A stretch of DNA of 64,000 nucleotides from the human T2T-CHM13v2.0 reference genome, Homo sapiens: the NCBI RefSeq assembly GCF_009914755.1, contig NC_060947.1; one strand, given 5' to 3'. Under the pieces are notes generated by a model. The model searched no databases. It had not been told where the DNA came from and worked only from the letters and a program-made list of their open reading frames with translations. Of this stretch, positions 40,708-55,200 are shown piece by piece; position 1 is the first letter of the stretch; each line of letters starts with the position of its first letter. The translations under genes and the position numbers were made by a program.

Positions 40708-41262
40708 AATAATAAAATTCCATTGTTCACAAGGGCTCATAATAAACTATCCTGAATGCCTGTTTTCTCCTTTATTCCTCAACATTTAAATATGTCTGTT
40801 TCTATTCTTGGGGTAGTAACTTCCTTAACTCTAAGTAATTTACTTATTTTGGAATTTCTTGGTTTATTAGCTTAAGATGTCACTTATTTACTCTTTTGCA
40901 AGAAAAGTGAGAATTTAAGTCACACTCACTCTTCAAAATTTTAATTATATTATTTTAGTTCATCTTGTTTCATCTGTATTTAAAAGTATCTCTCATCTGC
41001 CCATTATGCATTTTGTTGAACAATATGAAACTCCTAATTTTAGTTGAAAAATGGTTGGATATCAGAAAATTCAGATTGCTCAGCTTAATAAAAAGAAGCT
41101 AACAGTATTCCTATATTTTCTTTCACTTTTCTCCACCAATTTCCTCCTATCACCTTCTGTCAGCTGTGTCTTTAATTTTATAGTTGTGTAATGATCCAAA
41201 ATCATAATAAAATATTCCTTGCTATGTGTATAGGTTGAAAAATCAATAAACAACATGATTTA

Positions 41263-42030
<768 letters not shown>

Positions 42031-42349
42031 GAAGTAGAATTGTTGATGCATAGTCTTTGAATATTTAAAACTTTTGTAGGTACTATCAAATTATTCTCCT
42101 AAAATGCTTAAACAATTTATACTCCTAAAACCAGTGCATAACAATGTTCATTTCCCTTCATTCTCACTCACACTAAACAGTTATCAATTAAAAAAAATTT
42201 TTTTGCCTTAGCTTCAATATGACAGGTGATAATTATTTTAATTTGCATTTGTGTGATGAAATTCAGCTTTTAAAAAAGTATTGACAATTGTGTTCTTTTT
42301 ATATTTTTCTATAGAGTTTATATAAATTGTATTATTGTTTAAAATACTT

Positions 42350-42720
42350 GGTATTCTTCTCAATGGGGATCCTCCCTAGAATGGGCTTATATTCTTGTCT
42401 CACAGACATCAGACTTGGCTATGTGACTACCATGGTCAATGGAATGCATTTGGACATGAAATATGGCACTTAGGAGAAAGGTTTAAGAAAACTTTTATAA
42501 TTCACCAACTTTTCTCTGCCATAAGATTAGTAATGTCCTAGATAGAGGCTGTTTTCTCACCTAGAGTTTTAAAGTGAAGATGACAGACAGCAGGGCCACA
42601 GCTGATCTGATAGAGACATGTAACCTGAGATGTAAATAAACATTTGTGGTTGTAAACTACAGGTATTTTTAGGCAATTTTTTTTACTCTAGTACAATTTA
42701 ATGTAAGCTAACTGATACAG
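42350..42720 (+). mobile_element. MLT1 (H/I/J-like) LTR
   Basis: gacttggctatgtgactaccatggtcaatggaatg...aaataaaacatttgtggttgtaaactac...gctaactgataca. Confidence 0.7.
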
Positions 42721-43193
42721 GGATGTTCATCTGTTATTTAATTAATTAGCAATAGATATTTTATACTAGATATATTCACCACTGTTTGTTGTATATGTTA
42801 CAATTTTCAGTGTTTTGTATACATTTTAATTTTGTTTATTATATTTTATAATTCTTGTTATTCATTATGGGCTTTTAAGAAGTTTTACAGTATTTATATA
42901 GGCAAATCTGTCAATCATTTTTACTACAGTTTGTGGCTTTTATGCCATATTTAGGAAAAAATCTTTCCCCAAACCATGATTTTTAAAATCCTTATCAATA
43001 TTTATTTTTAATACCTCTGGAGTTTCATTTTGTACATTTAAAATATTTAACTATTTGGTAAATTAATGTATTTCTAGTGGCCAGCTCATTGTTTCAATAT
43101 CAATAAATTGTTAGTCTATCCTTTACCTAATAATTTAAAATATTTCCTGTGTTATATATTAAATTACATAAACTTGGACCTGTTTTAAACCTG

Positions 43194-43565
43194 TTATATG
43201 GTTTGGCTCTTCTGTCCCCATCCAAATCTCATTTTGAATTGTAATCCCCATGTGTCAAGGGGGGGACCTGATGGAATGTAATTGGATCACGGGGGCAGTT
43301 TTCCCCATGCTGTTCTCATGATAGTGAGGGAGTTCTCATGAGATCTGATGGTTTTAAAGTGTGGCACTTCCCCTTAGTTCCCTCTCTCTCTCTCCTGCCA
43401 CCTTGTGAAGAAGATGCATGCTTCTGCTTTGCCTTTTGCCATAATTGTAAGTTTCCTGAAGCCTCCACAGCCATGCCATACTGAGAGTCAATTAAAACTA
43501 CTTGATTTGAAAATTATCCAGTCTCAGGTAGTATCTGTATAGCAGTGTGAAAATGAGCTAATGCA
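43194..43565 (+). mobile_element. THE1/MST solo LTR (THE1C/D-like)
   Basis: atatggtttggctc...ccaaatctcattttgaattgtaatcccc...gagtcaattaaa...cagtctcaggtagtatctgtatagcagtgtg. Confidence 0.88.
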
Positions 43566-45765
43566 CTCTGTCCCAGTGTTCTGTCAGACTATTTCTGTAC
43601 TTATATTATTTTAATTACCATGGATTTATGTTTCAATATTTGGTAGGACTGTCCCTCATTATTTAAAATTTTTTCAGAATTGAACTACTATTTTTAAATG
43701 TTTCATTTATGCAGGTAGTATTTAGAAATATTTAATTACATAAAAATAGAATCTTTATCATGTCATTCCACTGCTTAAAATACTCAGTACTTTCCTCTTT
43801 ATTATACCTTTTATGACTTGTCACAACAACCTCAGGTGAGAAATCAGAGTACATAGCGAAGTGAGCTTTGAATTCCCAGTGGTGCTATGGGAAGTGCTAA
43901 CGTCATAACTGGAACCCATCTTTTACTTCCAGAGTACCCCAAAATGTATAGTGTATTCCAAAAAGTGAATGAACCTAGGGACTTCCTGATTTAATCTAAT
44001 TATGGGGAAAGGAGCAAGTGAAGCAGATGAATGCTCCAGTCCTAGTCCCATAAACCAAATTGAACTTCCCATTTGTTATGACCCTGTAAACATATAAAAA
44101 TCAAGCAGAAAAAAACTAGATGGCACTCTAGGCTACTGGTTTTGGTATTGCTTTATTCTTCAAACAAAATTGCATGTACATATTCAATACACAAAAAAGA
44201 GACACTATTGAAATGTAGGAGTTTTCTGTGCCACTTTTGCTGAAACCCTAGCACTCCAGGAAATACAATTAGACAACTCAGTGTTCTGCAACCTCCCCAA
44301 GAGATCTTGATTCTAATCTGCTTGTTTAGCAAATCCCATCATCCCATCCCTTTGACATACGGACTTTTAATTTCTCTAGTGAGAACTCCCAGCCACTCAG
44401 AGATCTGCCTCCTTCCAACCTCTTAAATGGCTCAAGACTGGACCAGCCATACCTATTTTATTAGTGACAACTAAGGGGTAAGACTGGTTCCTTTATGATC
44501 ACTGATGAGTGACGTCAGCTAAAGCAGAAAATCAGGTAGTCTACGTATGAAACCTCCCAATTTTCTCTTCTACTCTTCTCTTGCTCTCTTTTTCTTTCTC
44601 TTGTCATGGAGATTTTTTCAATATTTTTCTTTTGGTGGCAGTATTGCTCCACTGATAGAGCCATCTCTTTCTCCCACCTTTTGTTTTTGAAAAACACCTA
44701 CAGTTGAAACAAGTATATTTCACTTGATAAGAGTATTTTTCATCTGGGATTTGCATCTAAGGGAGATTTTCCAGAACTTACCACTAATAATTCTCTGTCC
44801 AGGCTTTCTTGATTACATAGGAAAAGAAGATCAGACAGATTCCATGATCTACTTTCTGTTTCTTTTCTTCATGATTTTTTCTTTTTAATAACTTTTCTAT
44901 AGCTGTAAAATATACACCAATCATTATATAAAATTTGAAAAACAGAAAATGTTAAAGACAAAAATAACATCATCATTTATCCCATAAACAAGAGAGAGCA
45001 CTACTGTTAAAAATCTAAAGCAATCTCTCCAGTGAGTTTTCTTTGTGTACATTTTGATATAATTGTGATCACATTGTACACATAATTTAATTATCTGATT
45101 TTGTATTGTTTATATCTCATAAGCATGTTTACATATTCTTCTAAAATTGTTAAAAAGATTTTATAATTTAAAACTTTTAATTATATCATTTAATGCCTGT
45201 GGAATTATCTACCATATAAATGAATCATCAGTTAATTGGGATTGCTTACAAAACGTTGGTATTTTAAATAATACCAACATAGATTGCTTATAAAACATTA
45301 TTATTTTAAATAATATATAAATAATATTTCTATAAACTAAGTAAACTGAGTGCTTTCTTACTTGAATTTCAGGCAAAATGCATCCCTGGAAAAAGAAAGA
45401 CTGGTTGACCCAAGTATCCACCTAATTGGAGAATGCCAATCTGTGAGGTATTTTATCATTTAGTCTCCACAACTCACCCATTTAAGGAAGAGAAGAAATT
45501 CCTGTAGAGCTTTTCCTGAGCACAAAAATTTTGATCATTTTTTCTCTCAATTATGATCTATTCTGAAACAAACTAGCTGTGAATTTTTGAAATTGGTTTA
45601 CCCAGGGCTGTGATAAAATTGTGCCTTTCTAAAATGGTCCAAATCCATGGAATTGGCAACCTTGCACATATTTTTAAACAAAATTACTCTTCTCCCAGCC
45701 AAGAAAACCTATCCTCCAGAACCAAAGAATTTTTGATGATGAGGGTCACCTTAAATAATGAGATA

Positions 45766-47249
45766 CATGCATACATCATTTTATTGCTTTTCACTTTATT
45801 GCAATTCACAAATATTGCTTTCAGGTTTGTGGCAACCATGTACCAAGAAAGTCTATCATTGTCATTTTTACAACACCATGTATTCGCTTATTGTTTCTTT
45901 GCTACAATTTGGTAATTCTCAAAATATTTCCAACTTTTTCATTATTATTGTGTCTGTTGTGGTAATCTGTAACCAGTGATCTTTGCTGTTACTGTTGTAA
46001 TTTTTTTTTTTTCTTTTCAGGCAGAGTCTTGTTCTCTCTCCCAGGCTGGAGTGCAGTTGCGTGATCTCAGCTGACTGCAAACTCTGCCTCCTGAGCTCAA
46101 GCAATTCTCCTGTCTCAGCTTCCTGAGTAGCTGGTATTACAGGTGACCCCCATCATGATTGGCTAATTTTTGTATTATTAGTAGAGATGAGGTTTCACCA
46201 TGTTGGCTAGGCTGATCACAAAATCCTGACCTCAGATGATACACCCTCCTTGGCCTGCCAAAGAGCTGGGGTTACAGGTGCGAGTCACCATGCCCAGACT
46301 GTTGTAGTTGTTTTGAGGTGCTATGAACCACGCTCATATAAGATGGCGAACTTAATACATTTTGTGTGTGTTCTGACTGCTCCACTGACCAGTCATTCCT
46401 CCATCTCTCTCTCTATTCCTCAGGCTTCTCTATTTGCTGAGACACAACAATATTTAAATTAAATCAGCTAGTAACCCTAAAATGGCCTCTAAGTGTTCAT
46501 GTGAAAGAGTCATACCTTTATCATTTTAAATCAAAAGCTAGAAATAATTACATTTACTGAGACTAATCAGCTTACTGAAAGTAACCTCATCGAAAGGTGA
46601 GAAAAGCCAAACTAGGCTTTTTGAGCCAAACAGTTAACCAAGGTGTGAATACAGAAGAAAAAGTCTTAAAATAAATTTAAAATGCTACTCCAGTGAACAC
46701 AAGAATGATACGAAAGTAAAACAGTCTTATTGCTAACAAGAATTAAGCTTTACTGGTCTGGATAGAAGATCAAACAAGTCACAACATTCCCTTAAAACAA
46801 AGCCTAAACCAGAGCAAGGACCTAACTCTCTTCAACTCTGTGAAGGTGGTGAGTGTTGAGAAAGCTGCAGAAGAAAACTTTGAAACTAGCAGAGGTTGGT
46901 TTATTAGATTTAAAGGAAGAGGCCATCTCCATAACATGAAAGTGAAAGGTGAAGCAACAAGTGCTGATGTGGAAGCTACAGCAAGGTATCCAGAATATCT
47001 AGCTAAGATCATTGAAGAAGGTGGATACACTAAACAACCCTGTCAATTTAAAGAAAACTGCCTTCTATTGGAAGAAGATGCCAGGACATTCACAACTGGA
47101 GACAACTCAATTCCAGTCTTCAAAGCTGTAACAAAACAGACTGACTCTTGTTAGGAGCTAAAGCAGCTGGTGACTTTAAATTGAAGCCAATGGTCATTCA
47201 CTATTCCAAAAATCCTAGGGCTCTTAAGAAATATACTAATTTTACTCTA
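45766..47249 (+). mobile_element. Tigger1 DNA transposon, 5' half with transposase remnant
   Basis: TA followed by the TIR-like catgcatacatcattttattgc; ORF 46840..47154 ([30 protein letters not shown]) is the Tigger/CENP-B-type HTH region. Confidence 0.92.
46001..46297 (-). mobile_element. Old Alu (Sx/Sz or J) inside Tigger1
   Basis: poly-T plus Alu body; TSD actgttgta(a/g)tt 45991-46002 / 46298-46309. Confidence 0.92.
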
Positions 47250-50164
47250 CAAATTAGAAAACCTAGATGAAATGAATACATTCCTGGATACATATAATCT
47301 ATCAAGATTAAACTATAAAGAAATAGAAAATGGAATAGACCAGTAATGAGTAATCCAATTGAAACAGTAACAAAATGTGTCCCAATAACAAGAGAAAACT
47401 ATACTCAGGACTGACTTTAATGTTATATTCTACCAAACTTTGAAAAAAGAACTAACAGCTATTCTACTCAAACTATTTCAAAAACTTGAAGAGGAGGGAA
47501 TTCTTTGTAACTCAATCTATAAGGCTAGCATTATCCTGATATTAAAATTAGACAAGAGCACAATAAAAAAAGAAAACTACATATCCCTGATGAAAATAAA
47601 TGCAAAGGTTGTCAGCAAAATACTAGCAAATTGAATTCAACAACACATCAGAAAGATAATACAATATGATCAAGTATGATTTATTCCAGGAATGCAAGGA
47701 TGGTTCAACATATACAATTTAATGTGATACATCACATCAACAAAATTAAAGACAAAAATTATAAGATTATCTCAATAGACACCAAAAAAGTATTTGATAA
47801 TACTCAACAATGGAGAAAGGGGGAGTTAGATGGTGGGATGAAAAGCTCCATTGATCGTTCCCCCTGCTGGCATACAATTTTAACAAATATCTGCACAGAA
47901 AAAAGTAACTTCCCTAAGAAACAAAAATCAGGTGAGCCCTCACAGTACCTTGTTTTGTCTTTGTATCACTGAAAAAGGCACTAAAGAGATAGAAAAAAAA
48001 GTGTTAAGTTACAAATTCCACCTCTCTCTCCCACACCCCATGCAGCAGTGGCTTGGTGCAGAGATCATCACTGAATGCTGAGGGAGGGAGAACACAGCAA
48101 GTGTGAGGCACTGAACTCAGTCCTGTCTTGTTAGAGGAGAAAACAAATCCAGACTAAACTTAGCTGACACCCACCCATGGAGAGAGCATTTAAACCAACC
48201 CTAGCCAGAGGAGAATTACGAATCCCAGCAGACCAAACTTGAGTTTTCACAAACCTCATTATTATGGACTACAGTGCTCTGTGTCTCTAAATGAACTTGA
48301 AAGACAATCTGGGCTATAAGGACTGCAACTCTTCGGTGAGTCATATTGCTGAACTAGGCCTAGAGAAAGTGGACTGGAGGGACACATAACCTACTGAGAC
48401 ATCAGTTAATGTGGTTAAGAGAGTGCTGGCATTACCCCTCCCCTAAATCCAGGGTGCACAGCTCACAGCTACAAAAAAGACCCCTTCCTTCCACTTGAGG
48501 AGAGGAGAGGGAAGAATGGGGTAATCTTTGCCTTCATCTTGGCTATCAGCTCAGCTGCAGCCAGATATGGCACTGATAAGAGAGTGCTGAGGCTCCTGTT
48601 TTAGTCCCCAGATCCCAGGAAACAATTTCAGATAAACAGTGGGCCAGAAGGAAGCACACTTCTTTGGAGGAAATAACCCAGCCCTGGCAACATTCATCAC
48701 CTGTTAACTGAAAAGTCTTTAGTCCCTGAATAACCGGCAGCAACATAGCCAAGTACTATGTCAAGGGCCTTCAGTAAGCCTCTGAGACTTGCTGGCTTCA
48801 AGTGACACTCAATGATTACCAGCTGTGGTGGCTACAGGGCAAAATTTCTGCTTGAGAAAAGTATAGGAAAAAGTAAAGGGGACTTTGTCTTGCAACTTAG
48901 GCTCTAGCAAGACCACCAGGTGGTAGAGCAACAAGCAACATCTTTGGATCCCCGGTTTTAGAACTCGGCCCTTGGACAGTATTTCTGGACATGCCCTAGG
49001 CCAGAGGGGAGCCCTCTGCCTTGTGGGTGAGTCTCAAGTCAGTCAGCATTTACAACAAGCTGACTTAAGAGACCTTGGGGATAAGGGAACATAAGCAGTA
49101 GTCTGGCAGTACTCTTCATGGCCTGGGGTGGTGGTAACTATGGGGTGAGGCGTCTCTGCCTTTGGAAAGGGGAGGGAAGAGTGGGAAAGGCTGCATCCTG
49201 TGATTTGACTGACAGCTCAGCCACAGTACAATAGAACACAAAGTGGATTTCTAAGGTTTTTTACTCTAGTCCCTGAATCTTGTATAAAAGCTCTGAACCC
49301 ACCTGGAGCTTGGGGGACCTCACAACTCTGGAGGGAAGAACACAAGCCTGGCTGGTTTTGCCACTGGTTGATTCTAGAGCCCCAGGGCCTAGAGAAAACA
49401 TAGGCATTAGCAAGAAAGCGCTTACAGCAGGCCTTGGGTGAGACCCAGTGCTGTTCTGGCTTCAGGTCTGACCCAGTACAATCATAGTGATTGTGGTCAC
49501 AGAGAGGCTTGTGTCACTTCATCCCAGATTTAGGTGGCTCAGAACAGAGACAGAAATTCTTTTGGTTTGAAGAAAGTAAGAGAAGAAAATAAGAGTCCTC
49601 ATCTGGTAATCCAGAGAAATCCCCTAGAGTTTTTCCAAGACCATCAAGGTGATACCTCTGGGAGTCTGCAAGAACCACAATGTTATTGGGCTTGGAGCAC
49701 CCCCTAAAGCAGATACTGCTTAGATCACAACACCCAAGTTCTTTGAAATATCTGGAAAGCCTTCCCAAGAAGGATGAGTACAAATAAGCCCAGACAGTGA
49801 AGGCCACAATAAATACCTAACTCTTCAATGCCTGGATACTGATGAGCATCTACTGACATCAACAACATCCAGGAAAACATTATCTCACCAAATGAATACT
49901 TAAAGCACCAGGGACTTATCCTGGAGAAAGAGATATGTGATTTTTCAAACAGGAAGTACAAAATAGCTGTGTTGAGGAAAATCAAAGAAATTTAAGATAT
50001 CAAAAACAAGGAATTTACAATTCTATCAGATAAATTTAACAGAGGTTGAAATAATTAAAGATAACCAAGCAGAAATTTTAGAGCTGGAAAATGCAAGTGG
50101 CATACTGAAAAATACACCAAAGTCCTTAAATAGCAGAATTGTTCAAAGCAAAAAAAAGAAATAA

Positions 50165-50376
50165 GGAGTTGAACAATCAGAACACATGGACACAGGGAGG
50201 GGAACATCACACACCAGGGCCTGTCGGGGGTGGGGGGAGCTAGAGGAGGAATAGCATTAGAAGAAATACCTAATGTAGATGACAGGTTCATGGGTGCAAG
50301 AAACAACCATGGCATGTGTATACCTACATAACAAACCTGCACATTCTGCACATGTATCCCAGAATTTAAGTATATA
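50165..50376 (+). mobile_element. Short L1PA7/8 3'UTR fragment inside the L1MA2 ORF1
   Basis: ggagttgaacaatcagaacacatggacacaggg...catgtatcccagaatttaagtata; the host ORF1 resumes with atgagcttggaaacagg. Confidence 0.88.
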
Positions 50377-51871
50377 ATGAGCTTGGAAACAGGCTACTTA
50401 AGGATACACATGAAAAAGAATAAATACTTAAAAAACAATGAAACATGACTACAGGATTTAGAATATAGCCTCAAAAGGAAAATTTTTTGGCCTTAGAGTT
50501 ATTGGCTTTAAAATGGAGGTAGAGAAAGACATAGGGGTAGAAAGTTTATTTTAAAGAATAATAACAAAGAACTTTCCAAACCTGGAGAAAGATATCAATA
50601 CTCAAGGAAAAAAAAAAAAAAGGTTACAGAACACCAAGCAGGTTTAACCCAAGAAAGACTCCCTCAGGGCTTTTAATAATCAATCTCTGAAAGGTCAAGG
50701 ATAAAGAAAGATTTCTAAAAGCAGCAAGAGAAAAGAAACAAGTAACACACAATAGAGCTCCAATACATCTGGCAGCAAACTTTTCAGTGGGAACCTTACA
50801 GGACAGACAAGAATGGCATGACATATTTAAAGTGCTGAAGGAAACAAAACTATTACCTTAGAATGGTATGTCTAGCAAATATATTATTCAAATGAGAAAG
50901 AGAAATAAAGACATTGTCAGACAAATGAAAACTGAAGGATTTTGTTAACACCAGTCCTGTCCTAAAAGAAATGATAAAGAGAGTCATTCGGTCAGAGGGA
51001 AAAGGAGATTAATGAGCAATAAGAAATTACCTGAAGGTAGAAAACTCACTGGTAATGGTAGGTACACAGAAAAACACAGAATATCATAACACTGTAACTG
51101 TCGTGTGTAAACTACTCTTATCCAAAGTAGAAAGACGAAAGAAAAGAATCAAAGTAATAACTACAACAACTTTTCAAGACATAGTACATTAAGATATGAC
51201 TAGAAACAAAAAAAGATAAAAACTGAGGGTAGAAAGTTAAAGCATAGAGTTTTTATTAATTTTTTTTGCTTGTTTGTTTATGCAAACAATTTCAAGCTGT
51301 TATCAGGTTAAAATAATGGATTGTAAGGTAGTATTTGCAAGCTTCATTGTAACCTCAAACCAAAAAGCATACAATGGAGACACAAAAAATAAAAAGCAAG
51401 AAACTAAATCATGTCATCAGAGAAAATCACCTCTACTAAAAGAAGATAAGAAAGAAAGAAAGAAGAAAGAGATGACCATAAAAAAAGAAAACAAATAACA
51501 AAATGGCAGGAGTAAGTCCTTACTTAATAATAACATTGAATGTAAATGGGCTAACCACTCAAACTGAAAGATATTGATTAGCTGGAATAAAAAAAAGACC
51601 CATTGATCTGTTGCCTACAAAAATAAAAAAACGGAACACATTTCACCTAGGAAGAAAAACAGACTGAAAATAAATGAATGGAAACAATATTCCAAGCCAA
51701 TGGAAACCAAAAAGGAGCAGAAGTTGCTTTACTTATATCAGGGAAAATAGATGTTAAGATGAAAACTATAAGAAGAGACAGGAAGGTCAGTATATAATGA
51801 AAAAGGTGTCAGTTCAGCAAAGGCATACAACAATTTTAAATATATAAACACCTGACACCGGAGCTACAAGA

Positions 51872-52268
51872 TGTTAAATCAGATTTAGCCTAAAACCACC
51901 TCCTTACATAGTTAGGTTCAGCCTAAAGGTATTTTTGCACATTGTGAACTATAACAAGTGGAGGTGTAAACAGACAGTAGTCTACACTTGTGCCAGTCAG
52001 CGAGTTTTGGCCAATCAATGTAGCCAACTGTTTGAACCTTGTTCAGATAAGGCAAAAGCCAAGCTGTAACCAATCCAGCTGTTTCTGTACCTCACTTCCA
52101 TTTTCTGTATGTCACTTTCCTTTTTCTATCCATAAATCTTCTTCCATCATGTGGCTCCACTGCAGTCTCTGAGCCTACTGTGGCTCAGAAGGCTGACCGA
52201 TTTGTGAATCATCCATTGCTCAATTAAACTCCTTTACATTTAATTGAACTGAAGTATTTCTTTTATCA
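51872..52268 (+). mobile_element. ERV1 solo LTR (MER57-like)
   Basis: tgttaaatcagatttagcctaaa...ctcaattaaactc...ttttatca; TG/CA ends; 4-bp TSD aaga/gaga. Confidence 0.85.
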
Positions 52269-55200
52269 GAGATATATAAAGGAAATACTATTAGAGATAA
52301 AGAGAGAGAGAAGCCCCAATACAATAATAGCTGGAGACTTCAACACCCAACTGTCAGCATTGGACACAACTTCCAGACAGAAAATCAATAAAGAAACATC
52401 AGACTTAGTCTTAACTATAAATTAAATGGATCTAATAGACATTTACAGAACATTTTATCCAACGGCTGCAAAATACACATTCTTTTTTTCAGCACATAAA
52501 TTATTCTCAAGAATAGACTATATGTTAGATCACAAAACAAGTCTAAAAATATTCAAAAACTGAAATAATATCAAATATCTTCTCTTACTACAAGGAACTA
52601 AAACTAGATATTAATAACAAGAGACATTTTGGAAACTATACAAATACATGGAAATTAAACAATATGCTCCTGAATGACATGTGGATCAATGATGAAATTA
52701 AGACAGAAACTGAAAAATTTCTTGAAACATATGCTAATGGAAACACAAAATTCCAAAACTTATGAGATACACCAAAAGCAGTACTAAGATGGAAGTTTAT
52801 AGCTATAAGTGCCTACAAGAAAAAAGAGGAAAACATTCAAATAAACAATTTAACAATGCATCTTAAAGAACTAGAAATGCAAGAGCAAATCAAAACCAAA
52901 ATTAGTAGAAGAAAAGTAGTAATAAAGATCAGAGCTGAAAGTAATTAAATTGAAATGAAGACAGCAATACAAAAGATCAATGAAATGAAAAGTTATTTTT
53001 TGGAAAGTTAAACAAAATTGACAAAATGTTACATAGACTGACTAATAAAAAAGGAGATAAAAATAAATAAAATCAGAAAAGAAGAAGGAGACGTTACAAC
53101 TGATACCACAGAAATTCAAAAAATTATTAGTAGCTACTGAGCAACTATGTTCTAATAAATTGGAAAATCTAGAAGAAATGGACAAATTTCTAGGCACATA
53201 AAACTTACCAAAGTTGAACCAGGGAGAAATTCAGAACCTTAACATATCAATAACAAGTAACAAAATCGAAGCCATGATAAAATTCCCCCAGTTGAGAAAA
53301 GCCCAGGACCCTAAAGCTTCACTGTTGAATTCTACCAAACACTTAAAGAAGAACTAATACCAACCCTACTCAACCTCTCCCAAAAGAATAGAGGAAGAAG
53401 GAATACTTCCAAACTCATTCCATGAGGCCATTGTTACCCAGATTCCAAAACCAGACAAAGATACATCAAAAAAAGAGAAAACAACAGGCCAATATCTCTA
53501 ATCAATATTTATGCAAAAATCCTCAACAAAATACTAGCAAATTGCATTCAACAATACTTAGAAAGGTCATCCATTATCCAAGTTGGGTTTATCCATGGGA
53601 TACAATGGTGGTTCAACATAGAAATAATGTGATACATCATACCAACAGAGTGAAGGATAAAAGCCATATGATCATTTCAATTAATGCTGAAATAACATAA
53701 CTTTTCTTCATGAGAAAAACCCTCAAAATACTGGAGATAAAAGAAACATACCTCAGCATAACAGAACCCTATACAACAAACCCACAATTAGTATCATACT
53801 GAATAAGGAAAAACTGAAAGAAAGCCTTTCCTAAAAAATGACAAGGATGCCCACTGTCACCACTGTTATTCAGCATTGTACTGGAAGTCCTAGCTAGAGC
53901 AATTAGACAAGAGAAAGATATAAAAGACATCCAAATTGGAAAAAAAGAAGTCCAATTATCCTTGTTTGCAGATGATATAGCTCATATTTGGAGAAACCTT
54001 AAGACTACAAAAAAAAAACTATTAGAACCAATAAACAAATTCAGTAAAGTTGCAGGAAACAAAACCACCATATAAAAATCAGTACTTCTATATGCAAACA
54101 ACGAACAATCTAAATAAGAAATTCAAAAAGTAATCCCAAATACAATAGCTACACATAACATTAAATACCTAGCAATTAACTAAAGAAGTGAAAGACCTCT
54201 ATAATAAAAACTATAAAACATTGATGACAGAAATTGAAGAAAATACCAAATATAGAAAAATAGTCCATGTTCACAGATTGAAAGAATCAATATTGTTAAA
54301 ATGTCCATTCTACCCAAAGCAGCCTCCATATTCAGTGCAATCCCTATCAAAATACCAATGGCATTCTTCACAGAAATAGAAAAAGTAATTCTAAAATATA
54401 TACAAAACCACAAAAGACCCAGAGTAGCCAAAGTTATCCTAATCAGAAAGAACAAAACTGGATGAATCACACTACCTGACTTCAAATTATGCTACACAGC
54501 TCTAGTAACCAAAATAGTACAGTATTGGCATAAAAACAGACACATAGACCAATGGAAGAGAATAGAGAACCCAGAAATGAATTCACTCACGTACAGTGAA
54601 CTCATTTTAAACAAAGGTGCAAATAACATACACTACAGACAGTCTCTTCAATAAATGATGCTGGGGAAACTGGATATCCACATGCAGATAAATAAAACTT
54701 GACCCCTCTCTTTCAGCACCATATACAAAAATCAAATCAAAGTGGTTTAAAGACTTAAATCTAAGACTTCAAACTATGAAACTACTTCAAGAAAACATTA
54801 GGAAAAACCTCCAGGACATTGGTCTGGGCAAAGATTTCTTGAGCTGTACCTCACAAACACAAGCAACCAAAGCAAAGATGGACAAATAGGATCACATCAA
54901 GTTCATCAATTTCTGCACAGGAAAGAATAGAAACAACAAAGTAAAAAGACAACCCACTGAATTAAAAAAAAACTATTTGCAAACCAGCCATCTGGCAAGG
55001 GATTAATAACCAGAATATATAAAAAGCTCAAACAACTTTATGGAAAAGAGTTTAATAATCTGATTTTTAAAAATGGGCGAGTGATTTGAGTATGTCTCAA
55101 AAGAAGACATATAAATCGAAACAAGCATATGAAAAGGTGCTCAACATCATTGATTGTCAGAGAAATACGAATCAAAACTACAATGACATATTGTCTTACT

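Larger units (their letters stand above)
42031..43745 (-). mobile_element. Ancient L1ME ORF2 3' remnant with nested LTRs
   Basis: aacaatttatactcctaaaaccagtg, ttttaatttgcattt, caaatctgtcaatcattt, ttttaattaccatggatttat. Confidence 0.55.

Noticed and set aside
46840-47154. Domesticated TIGD/CENP-B-like gene
   Set aside because: Short, frameshifted Tigger1 transposase remnant lacking the DDE domain and interrupted by L1.
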